From positions 128,001 to 192,000 of IMG/VR virus record IMGVR_UViG_3300031992_000005: DNA of 64,000 nt. The stretch is one strand, 5' to 3'. The DNA comes from a virus. Every line of letters begins with the position of its first letter. The stretch's first letter is position 1. The position numbers and the translations under genes are program-made. The notes under the pieces are model-generated. The model saw nothing but the letters and a program-made list of their open reading frames with translations, made no database searches and was not told where the DNA came from. This document shows positions 36,494 through 45,149 of this stretch, one piece after another.

Positions 36494-38134
36494 ATGATTA
36501 TACAGAGTAAGTATACAAAGATATTCCATTCAAAGGATTTAACTCGTCAGAAGTATGATGAGTTAAATGACTTTGCTGTGCTTATTCAAAACCATAAAAA
36601 CACCGTGTCACAATACGTTAATGATAACATTCTTCATTTCTTGGAATACAATAAGTTCCAATTCCTTAAGGTAATGAGAGAACGTTTCAAAGAAGTTATC
36701 CCAAGTTCATTTGATGCACAACTTTATACACAAGTGTTCACTTGTTATCAGAATAAATTCGATGCAATACAACGTAAACTTGTCTTTGAAATCGTTACAT
36801 TTAAAGGATTTGAGTTTTATAAACGTGATACCAAGAAACATAAGGAAGGTGACTTGAAAAAAGTAGTTTTTGATAAGAAACAAACACCATTATCTAACTG
36901 TCTTACTTATCTTGCGAGATACAGTAATGAGAATACAATAGACTACATCAATGACAATATAAGCAAGTGTGACGAGAAGAAACGTGAGTTCTATAACAAC
37001 ATACTAAGATGTTGTGATAAATTCGGATTTGAACGTCTCTACAATCTTGCTTTGTCAAAAAGAAAACGTGTTGTCAAGCATTATTCTGAATATCCTATTG
37101 AGTTCAAGTCATTAACGTTCAGTGGTAGGTGTAGGAAGACAAGGATAATAGACTACAACAGTAGGTTTGGTTCAGTAATCAATTCATTCGTAAGTCTCAG
37201 TGGAATTGGTAGGAAATCATTTGATGTACCAGTTACCTTTAATAAAGGTTGGCATGGAAGTATGAAGGATTACAGAAAGAAAAATAACGATTATGAATAC
37301 ACGCTTACATTTAATGAAAAGAATCACCAAGTGAATATTCATCTGTGTAAAGATGGAGAAAGGTATATACCACAAGTACATGGTGAAACAATAGGCATTG
37401 ATGTTAATTGCAAACATAATTTGTTCAGTTTGTCAGATGAAACCACTTATGACTATGATAGAAAACTTGTTAATGACTTCTGTAAACTATCTCTTGAAAT
37501 AGATAAATTGAAAGAAAAAGATAAAAAATATAAGGTTGGTAAACGTAAACAGCAGAAACTTGATACTCTCAAATCCAAAATGATTAAGTCTGAGCAGCAA
37601 CTTATTGCTAATATGTGTAAGGTATTACATTCACAAGGTGTGGGGCATATTGTAATGGAAGACCTTGATAATGGATTTGGCAAATGCTATGTTAAAGATA
37701 AGGATAATGAGAATATAAATTACAACAGAAAGGTTAAATTCCTTGGCTTGAGTAGTCTTAAACAAGAAGTTGAGCGTATTGCAAAGAAATATGATATTGC
37801 GGTTTCAACAGTTCAAGCAAGTTATACATCGAAGATGTGTCCTATGTGTGGATGTATTGAGGACGAAAACAGACCAAACCAAGAAACATTTGAATGTGTT
37901 GAATGTGGACATAAAGATAATGCAGACTTTAATGCTGCAAAGAACATAAGGAACAGAGTGCTTGTAATCGTGTTACGAGATTTGCTCTTAAAACAAAAGG
38001 ATAATGGTGCTTTTGAGCCTAAGAAACTTAAACGTGAGAAGGTAAAGGAGGTATTGTTATCGTTTCGAAGAAGCCTACAAAATGTAGGAAGTGAATGTAC
38101 AGAAAGTAGTGTGACTACTTTTGACTATGTTTAA
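36494..38134 (+). CDS. tnpB: TnpB / Cas12-like RuvC nuclease (IS200/IS605-IS1341-type OrfB), 546 aa
   Basis: RuvC-I ETIGIDVNCKHNLF; RuvC-II GHIVMEDLDNGF; zinc ribbon CPMCGC...CVECGH; RuvC-III DNADFNAAKNIRNR. No TnpA and no CRISPR array nearby. Confidence 0.85.
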   Translation: MIIQSKYTKIFHSKDLTRQKYDELNDFAVLIQNHKNTVSQYVNDNILHFLEYNKFQFLKVMRERFKEVIPSSFDAQLYTQVFTCYQNKFDAIQRKLVFEIVTFKGFEFYKRDTKKHKEGDLKKVVFDKKQTPLSNCLTYLARYSNENTIDYINDNISKCDEKKREFYNNILRCCDKFGFERLYNLALSKRKRVVKHYSEYPIEFKSLTFSGRCRKTRIIDYNSRFGSVINSFVSLSGIGRKSFDVPVTFNKGWHGSMKDYRKKNNDYEYTLTFNEKNHQVNIHLCKDGERYIPQVHGETIGIDVNCKHNLFSLSDETTYDYDRKLVNDFCKLSLEIDKLKEKDKKYKVGKRKQQKLDTLKSKMIKSEQQLIANMCKVLHSQGVGHIVMEDLDNGFGKCYVKDKDNENINYNRKVKFLGLSSLKQEVERIAKKYDIAVSTVQASYTSKMCPMCGCIEDENRPNQETFECVECGHKDNADFNAAKNIRNRVLVIVLRDLLLKQKDNGAFEPKKLKREKVKEVLLSFRRSLQNVGSECTESSVTTFDYV

Positions 38135-38164
38135 TTCTTCGGAATGGAGTAAATTAATAGTGAG

Positions 38165-38419
38165 ATGGAATTATACAAAGAAGATTTATTTGGTATAGGT
38201 ATTCCTGATAAAGATTCAGAAGATAATACCTTTTTTGCACTTGAGCATGGTTCTGGCACTTATGTAGCCAAAATTATTCTTAGAGAAGTTTTAAGGCTTT
38301 GGAATTATGAAATCAAGGAGGAGAAGGACATTGTTATGGATTCTCAATTCATGTTAGGTTGTTATACTAACATGCCTTGGTCTGTATTTAAAGATTTTCG
38401 CAAAAATTTTGTGAAATAA
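38165..38419 (+). CDS. hypothetical protein
   Basis: 84-aa track ORF starting 30 nt after the tnpB stop. Confidence 0.4.
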   Translation: MELYKEDLFGIGIPDKDSEDNTFFALEHGSGTYVAKIILREVLRLWNYEIKEEKDIVMDSQFMLGCYTNMPWSVFKDFRKNFVK

Positions 38420-38489
38420 TAGTAGGTTGTTGTTAATAATAGATTAATGAACCTATAAAATTACATTTAAGATGAAGTAAAGAATCGTT

Positions 38490-38870
38490 ATGACGGAGAA
38501 GCAGATAGATCTTTTAATAGATCTAAGAAATCAATGTATAGGAAGAGGTGTAATGTATTTAACCATTCCTGAGCAGAAGCCGGAGTCTATTAGTAGTAGT
38601 ACTAGTATTATTGCTTCTACTCCTAAGAATCCGTTCACAAAGGAAGAGGTAGACCTTCTTATTCAGATGTTATTGAAGACATTTGAATTTAAGGGAATTA
38701 TGAAAAAGGGTGATGAGCATTTTCTATGGTCGAGTATCCTAGGAGATCATGCAACAAATCCTTTTTACATATTCGAGTCTCCTGGTTATCGCATTGAACT
38801 GACAACAGTAGATAAGCGCTTTATAGCTGAATTAAGGGCAACTGTCGAGGAAACATCTTCCAAATCGTAA
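38490..38870 (+). CDS. hypothetical protein
   Basis: Track ORF. Confidence 0.5.
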   Translation: MTEKQIDLLIDLRNQCIGRGVMYLTIPEQKPESISSSTSIIASTPKNPFTKEEVDLLIQMLLKTFEFKGIMKKGDEHFLWSSILGDHATNPFYIFESPGYRIELTTVDKRFIAELRATVEETSSKS

Positions 38871-38972
38871 AAACTCTGTTATGAGAACTTAAAACTCTTA
38901 CTTAAGATTAAACAAAAAGAGATTCAGGTCTCTGTTGAGTTAGATTATAACAATTAATTTTTTATATATTAT

Positions 38973-40103
38973 ATGTTTGATGATGAAGATTTTCTTCTAG
39001 ATGATGAAGATTCAGATTCGGGTTATATAGTAACCCCAGCGGATGAAGATGCTGAGGATGACAATGACGATGAGAATGGGTCGGAAGTTGAAGAAGAAGC
39101 CAAACCCACTAGAAAAAAGAAAGCAACTGAGGATGATTATGATAATCGAATGACTCATGATGAGTTAGCCCTTAGTAGTGCTTACGATGATATTCGGGCT
39201 GCTAGTAAGAATCCGGATAAGATTTCTGTGGGTGGTAAAATGTTTGATCAAAACATTATAGATGCGGTAAGAACTATTATTGGTTGTTCACCAGCTAATA
39301 CTTCTACTCACTTTATTGAGAAGATAACACTTGAATTCTTCCAATCTCAGGGTCATAATCGTATTCCATCCAGCGTATATACTCCAGATCAGCCATTACG
39401 TGGAAGTTCAATTGGTGAGGAATTTGGTGGTCAGGATGATAATGGTTTCAATGAGCAATATGCTAAAGAAGCCAGAGAGCAGATTGCGAGGTTTATAAAA
39501 TACTTGGCGGATAGAGATTTGAGTAAAGATTCTACTGTAAGTAGAAAAAGGAAGTTAAGACAGCTCCCTGCTTTTATCATTTTCCTATTCAGTTCTGGTA
39601 TGTACGACCTTCTCCTGAACTGTGAGACATTACCACCGGAGTATAAAACTCAGGTGAATAATGCTTTCAAGAGAATTCAGAAACAGAAATATGATATTGT
39701 TGAGGCATTGGCTAAGCGTTATGAAGAGCTAGGTAGGCAGGCTATAGCAGATAGAGTGAGAAAAATGGGTCTCACTTGGTTTGATAAGGAGCCAGCTGAA
39801 TTAACGGGGTTAAAGACTTTCAAAGATCTTGACCTAACCCATGAGGATATCATGGTATATCGTGAATTTAGACCTAGATATGTAAACGCTAGTAAAAATA
39901 TAACTCAGGAATTAATATCAGATATGATTGAAGTTGTCTTAGTCCCTGGCAAGATTTATGAAAAGCTAAAGGATAAGACTAGATTTGATGCTATCTCTGA
40001 TGTTAAGCAAGTCTACAAAGATTGGTCCGCTAATAATGCAGTGGATTCTGAGCTTGCCTCAAAAATTATCTGGAAAGATCCTAAATTAGTAAATAAACAA
40101 TAA
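38973..40103 (+). CDS. hypothetical protein with an acidic N-terminus, first gene of the RNAP block
   Basis: 376-aa track ORF whose stop lies 2 nt before the beta' start; no motif recognised. Confidence 0.55.
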   Translation: MFDDEDFLLDDEDSDSGYIVTPADEDAEDDNDDENGSEVEEEAKPTRKKKATEDDYDNRMTHDELALSSAYDDIRAASKNPDKISVGGKMFDQNIIDAVRTIIGCSPANTSTHFIEKITLEFFQSQGHNRIPSSVYTPDQPLRGSSIGEEFGGQDDNGFNEQYAKEAREQIARFIKYLADRDLSKDSTVSRKRKLRQLPAFIIFLFSSGMYDLLLNCETLPPEYKTQVNNAFKRIQKQKYDIVEALAKRYEELGRQAIADRVRKMGLTWFDKEPAELTGLKTFKDLDLTHEDIMVYREFRPRYVNASKNITQELISDMIEVVLVPGKIYEKLKDKTRFDAISDVKQVYKDWSANNAVDSELASKIIWKDPKLVNKQ

Positions 40104-40105
40104 AT

Positions 40106-41249
40106 ATGGCAGATGTAAATCTAGAATTATTAACAGACGAAGATATTATTGACTATACTAGATCAGATGGTCGTGATAGAATTGTTAATAATCATAGAGA
40201 CTTAAACTTAAGGTTTGATTACATAAAACCAGAAGGTGGTGGAGTGTATGATACTGAAATTTTTGGTTCCCCATATGAAGATAGATGTATTTGTGGTTAT
40301 ATTAGACAACCCTCGGCAGAGCCTTGTCCTAACTGCGGAGCACGTGTATATTCTATGGAAGAAGGCTTGAGACGTTTTGCCAGAGTTGAATTACCATTTT
40401 ATTATCTTAATGAACTTAGATTTAATATCTTTAAGGAATTTTTCGATAAGATATTTGAAGGGAGTACCATTAAGCTTGAATTTTTTGGTGATGACTTAAG
40501 GAGAAACGGTTATGCTGAAGGACGAAGTAAGAAAAAGCTTGGTATTAAAGTTTTTGATACTTGCCAGTTTGAGTATAATAAAGCTAAGAAGGAACTAACT
40601 ATTTCAGAGTTTATTACCGACGAATCCAAATGTTCCTACGAAGGTCTCATGAAGATTATTGAGGAAAATTTTCCTGAGAGTCTCATGGACTATAAACGGC
40701 TGATCAATAGATATTATCTTATACTACCAGCTATGATGAGAAGATTTAGTCTTGTCAAGGAAGGTACATCTACGAAGATGAATACTAACAAGCTGAGTAT
40801 ATGGTATTCTATTATAATTCGTCTCTGTTGTGTAGAAGATGATAAGAAAAATCCATCCAACTATAAAACAGTGATGGACATGTTTAAGACTCCTGGTGAG
40901 AGAGTAAGATATACTGCTCTCCTAAGAGCTCTTATTAATGTAGGTAAGAAACAGTCAACGGAGCTTCTAAATACTTCAAAGAAAAACTTATCACGAAAGG
41001 TTTATTCAGTTCGTGTAAAGAATTCTGCCAGAAGCCCTATTGTTCCAAGTACTACCTTGAAAGTAGATGAACTAGGTGTTCCTAGATATCTTGCTTATGA
41101 AATGTGTAGAGAGGGATTCATAAAATATCTTTGTGAAGAACTAAACTTTACTCCAGAACAAGCAAGAAAATCTACAAAAGATGAATCTGATAATCTTGAA
41201 CTGCAAAGACTCTTTAAGGAGTATGCAGAGAAAAGATACGTGCTAGTGT
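40106..41249 (+). CDS. rpoC: rpoC-like exon 1
   Basis: The N-terminal zinc-binding region through ...KRYVLV. The track ORF stops 1 codon later. Confidence 0.75.
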
Positions 41250-44200
41250 ACTAATTGGTACGTAATTTTGAGAATTGCTGAAACCTGAATAAATCCGGGA
41301 ACCAGCAGCTAGTTTTGGGTTTCTACAAAATAATGCCTATGATAGAAGAAGAAAAGCCCTGGTCTAGGAGTGAACATATGAAATACCTACACAGTCAAGG
41401 AAGATATCTTGGCACAAGTAAGATAGGTCAATGGAATTCTAGTCCAGAGAAACATCTTAGGATGATATCAATTCGTGAAAAGAATCTCTTAGATAAATCG
41501 TCTCATGGTTATGGGTCGGAATATCATATGAGGTTAGCAAATAGAACCCTATTACATAATAAATTTCAAGGAGAGGAAGGTTTTCTTTATTTCTTAGATT
41601 TTCCCGCTAGTGTTAAAGTGGGATTTTCAAAAGATTGGGAAAGAAGGATTAACCAACAATTGCCAAAGCAGATATTAGGTGGGAAAGTTATAGCGATTAT
41701 ATCAGGTCCCACTAATGACCTGGCTGATCTGGAATTTGATACTTTTGTCAAGTTCCAGAAATATACTAAATTAGATTCCACCGGAACTAGGTATACTGAA
41801 TTCTTGGAGAAAAGAAAAAAATCAGAAATCTATAAGTTCTTGAAAGAGTCTGTTAAAAATAATAAGAACCTTAAATTTGAAATTCAAAACTAGTTCAACG
41901 ACTATGTGCAAAAGAAAAAGATATAGTCTGTCCTAGGTCGAAAGACTTAGGGGTAACGAGTAACACGACAGCCAGTACTTCATGAATATAATATTTACTG
42001 TCAGAAGATTAGGATAGTTGATCAAGATGCAGTAGCTTATCCAATTGAGCTCTGTGGACCACTTAACGCTGACTTTGATGGTGATACTGTATCTATGATC
42101 CTGGTTCCTGATGAAGTAGCTGAGGATACCTATAAAAAGATGAGTCCTAGGTATAACAAGATTTATAAGAAAAATCTTGAAAATGTCTTTGTATTCAATC
42201 ATGAAACTCTTAATGGTCTAGCCAATGCTACTGAATATACTCCTGACGATCCTAATGATCTGAAGGAACCTAAGTATTATTACACTGATTATACAGAACT
42301 CCTAAAAGATGTTGAGGTTAATCATAAGATTAATTATGGTACACCTATTGTCTTTACAGGAAAAATAGGGGATGTAGATTATCAGAGTAAGATTACTACA
42401 TACGGACGTCTTAGAATATCTAAGATAATTGATGCAGACCTTGATGAGATCCGAGTAGAAGGTAAGCCTATTATGGAAAATCCGTATGAAAGACTAAACG
42501 CGAAGACAGCAGGTAAACTGATGTCTTATCTCTATGGTTTCGATAACTGGGTAGAGAAGGCAAATGAATTACAAAAATTTGCCCTAAAGGTTGTAACTAA
42601 GACAGGTGTAGTAACATTTGACTATTCAACCTTGTATGCTGATACTGATAATGAAACTTATAGAGATATTAGAAAAATTGCTGATTCGGAAGATCTTACA
42701 GATAAGCAGAAACTTACCTTAATTACAGAGAGATATGGAAAATATCTCAAAGGCCTTGAGAGAGATTTTAGTTCCGACCTGAAGAAAGAACTAGATAGAT
42801 CTGCTAGGGTAAAGTTAAATTCCATTATTGCTATTAATGCACCGTCATTGATTATCAATGGTCCGGAAGAAAAGGTAGTAGTAACTCATGGAAATCTTTT
42901 GGAAGGTTTTAGTGAAAAGGAATACTTGTATCATGCTATCGAAAATAGATCCCTCCTGACGATCAAGCAGAGTGGCGTCAATAGTTTTTATCGGTGCGTC
43001 ACTATAAAAACCACAACTATTGCTGGAAAATAATAAAATAAATTATAATCAGCAACTTATTATGAAAGAAAAAGTATTAAATTGGGTAGAACTACTAACT
43101 GCAGTGGCAGCTGTTATTGGTGGTATTGGAGAGATCCTCAAGCAATTTGGAATTGCCTCTGACAAAGTGAAGGAGACAATTAAAGCTAAGAGGGAAGAGG
43201 CTTTTATGAATAATAAGCCCAACGACTATTGTTGTGGCACTCAGGAAGAACAGAGTGAGAAACCTGAGTGATGGTATAGTCTATCCTGGATTGAAAGATT
43301 CAGGGCGGCGTGGGTTGAAAACTAACTCACGTCTGGCCGATTGGTGGTTATTTAACTAGACAGATCTCATTCTTGTTGAATAATTACACTTATAGAGAAA
43401 AGGGAGAAGATAAGGAAAATCCTGGTCTTCTTATTCCTAGATACGTGGCTACTGGTAGAACTTCTCCTACAGGAAAGGTATATCCAGCAGTTACAAAGAA
43501 AAATGAAGATGAACTAGTACCTGTTAGATCTATTGTAACTAAATGTAAAGGAAACTTATATGAAGTTACTCCAGATCTCTTGGGCAAAGCTTTCTTAAAG
43601 GCTAGTTTTCCTGATGGATCTGCAATCGGTCCTAGTGTTGGTACTAGTTTTACAGAAAGTACTACTCAAGGTATCCTTGCTCTTAAACATGGTGGTCATG
43701 AAAGAAAGCAAGCAGTTGAAGGAAACTTATATGCACCTAAAGATTGCGAGCTTATTGAAGATGGTAAGTTCTTGAAACTAAAAGTAAGAGGTAACAAAGA
43801 ATTAGTCTATCCTAAACCTAGTAATTGGGTTGGACTTGGTAAAACGGAGTTCAAGGAAGGTGAATTGGTCGGTACTGCTTACAATACTTCTTCGCCAATT
43901 ATCATGCTTAATTCTGTCTTAAAGCTTATGCAGGCTAAGGGCGGAACTGGTAGTAAATACTTTGAAAAGGATAACGTTATTATATCAGACTGTTATGCTT
44001 ATGAAGAAGGTGTAATAAACTACGTTGAGGATAAGCATGGAAGAATGAATGTAACTATTGGAAATAGATACTATGCTTATAATCCAGAGGCTATGTATTA
44101 TTATCCTTCAGGAACTACTATTAAGAAGTTTCAGAGATTTTGTTCTGGTGTAGTTAATATGAGACAGGTTTCTTCTGACTTAGGTGGTGATCTTAGCTCA

Positions 44201-44545
44201 ATCTTTAATATTTTCCGAAGACAATATTATACATTGGTTAAGGATGATTTTATTGAAAATGGAGTTGGACCACATGATATGCCAGAGGAAATTGTAGAGA
44301 TTGTATTTGCTGGACTTACTAATATTGTTAGAACAGATAAGGGCGATGTAACTGAAGTAGAGTTTCAGGGAACTCAGACGTCTATTACAAACAATAAGAG
44401 TAAATCATTCTTTACTGCTCTGTCATTCGGTTGGTCAGAAAGTGCAGTCGATAAGGCTATTAGAGGAGAACTTAATCTTGAAAAGGATACCATGACTGAA
44501 ACAGTACTTGGTTTGTTATTAAATGATAATTTAGATAAAGTTTAG
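40106..44545 (+). CDS. rpoC: multisubunit RNA polymerase beta'-like subunit. Mosaic gene with 3 exons; inferred product about 1120 aa
   Basis: Zn finger CICGY..CPNCG, RSPIVPSTTLKVDELGVPRYLA, (L)TRQPVLH, PLNADFDGDTVSM, SG(V)GYLTRQ and TESTTQGILALKHGGH. Confidence 0.85.
41250..41960 (+). mobile_element. group-I-like intron 1 of the rpoC-like gene (711 nt) with a GIY-YIG/T5orf172-like ORF
   Basis: The 5' exon ends in T and the intron ends in G. Joining gives YVLV-LTRQPVLHE. Contains CGACTAT (41899) and AAGATATAGTC (41918-41928). Confidence 0.65.
41315..41893 (+). CDS. intron-encoded GIY-YIG-superfamily (T5orf172-like) endonuclease candidate
   Basis: EGFLYFLDFPASVKVGFSKDWERRINQ ... LADLEFD resembles GIY..YIG..R..E. 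The track start is TTG; the first ATG is at 41336. Confidence 0.4.
   Translation: MGFYKIMPMIEEEKPWSRSEHMKYLHSQGRYLGTSKIGQWNSSPEKHLRMISIREKNLLDKSSHGYGSEYHMRLANRTLLHNKFQGEEGFLYFLDFPASVKVGFSKDWERRINQQLPKQILGGKVIAIISGPTNDLADLEFDTFVKFQKYTKLDSTGTRYTEFLEKRKKSEIYKFLKESVKNNKNLKFEIQN
41961..42978 (+). CDS. rpoC: rpoC-like exon 2 (contains the catalytic NADFDGD)
   Basis: Hand translation upstream of track ORF 42095: (L)TRQPVLHEYNIYCQKIRIVDQDAVAYPIELCGPLNADFDGDTVSMILVPDE. There is no start codon before the motif. Confidence 0.75.
42979..43344 (+). mobile_element. group-I-like intron 2 of the rpoC-like gene (366 nt) with a small non-endonuclease ORF
   Basis: The 5' exon ends in T and the intron ends in G. 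Joining gives TIKQSGV-GYLTRQISF. Contains CGACTAT (43223) and GGTATAGTC (43273). Confidence 0.6.
43062..43271 (+). CDS. small intron-embedded ORF (69 aa, one hydrophobic helix)
   Basis: MKEKVLNWVELLTAVAAVIGGIGEILKQFG... The track ORF 43020..43271 starts in exon sequence; the ATG at 43062 is more plausible. Confidence 0.35.
   Translation: MKEKVLNWVELLTAVAAVIGGIGEILKQFGIASDKVKETIKAKREEAFMNNKPNDYCCGTQEEQSEKPE
43345..44545 (+). CDS. rpoC: rpoC-like exon 3
   Basis: (V)GYLTRQISFLLNNYTY... through TQGILALKHGGH. The in-frame stop lies only 9 codons upstream of GGYLTR and there is no ATG before it. Confidence 0.75.
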
Positions 44546-44547
44546 TA

Positions 44548-44775
44548 ATGGGATTAGTAAAATTTGAAGTAGAAATCCCAGACTTTGACAATGAATTAAC
44601 GATTTCAGTTACTTTAAAAAAGGACGGTGAAGTAGTAGAGGAAAATACTACTTCACTTCCTGATCAAAGTCAGGGGAAAAGAAAAATTGCCAGAACTAAG
44701 CCGGTTAATAATTCAGGGGGAACTGAAGCAAAACCGGCAAGAGTTGCTGGAAACTTAATGAACGAAGATTTCTAA
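44548..44775 (+). CDS. hypothetical small protein in the RNAP block
   Basis: Track ORF. Confidence 0.45.
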   Translation: MGLVKFEVEIPDFDNELTISVTLKKDGEVVEENTTSLPDQSQGKRKIARTKPVNNSGGTEAKPARVAGNLMNEDF

Positions 44776-44783
44776 GAACGGCT

Positions 44784-45149
44784 ATGAATAAAAATAATGA
44801 TAGTTATTATTACAAAATAGTTTTGGCGTATGAAATACCATACAACGTCTTAGATAGTAACGATCCTGATAAGATCTTAGCTAGGGAGAATCTATATCAA
44901 GCGATAACTAAGATTATTCCCACTAGTAAGTATGATAAATTTTCAGTTAAACTTATGCTTTTTCAATTAAAGGATACGTTTAACTACGTGGTGATGTTTG
45001 ACTCTTTCTTTAGGTCTACAGAAGGTTTACCTATGAGTGAGTACACTGAGGCTAGTAAGATTAAACAGGCAGCTAAGGATGAACTAGAGAAATACTTTAA
45101 TTCACTCGACTGCGATTATAAACCACTGAATATAATTACATTATTATAA
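44784..45149 (+). CDS. hypothetical protein in the RNAP block
   Basis: Track ORF; TAATG junction with the beta-like gene. Confidence 0.5.
   Translation: MNKNNDSYYYKIVLAYEIPYNVLDSNDPDKILARENLYQAITKIIPTSKYDKFSVKLMLFQLKDTFNYVVMFDSFFRSTEGLPMSEYTEASKIKQAAKDELEKYFNSLDCDYKPLNIITLL

Noticed and set aside
36209-36529. Two minus-strand ORFs (106 and 61 aa) upstream of tnpB.
   Set aside because: They translate a very AT-rich intergenic region into hydrophobic low-complexity sequence and run antisense to the tnpB start. They are probably spurious.
30072-44545. Considered stop-codon reassignment (TAG or TGA recoding, as reported for some gut phages) as the reason nrdD and the beta' gene appear fragmented.
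   Set aside because: Reading through the stops does not restore conserved sequence, because the residues following each break are junk. The conserved continuation lies 250-1170 nt downstream, often in another frame. All other long genes are uninterrupted in the standard code, and neither tRNA is a suppressor (anticodons CAU and UAA). Introns and an intein explain the data.
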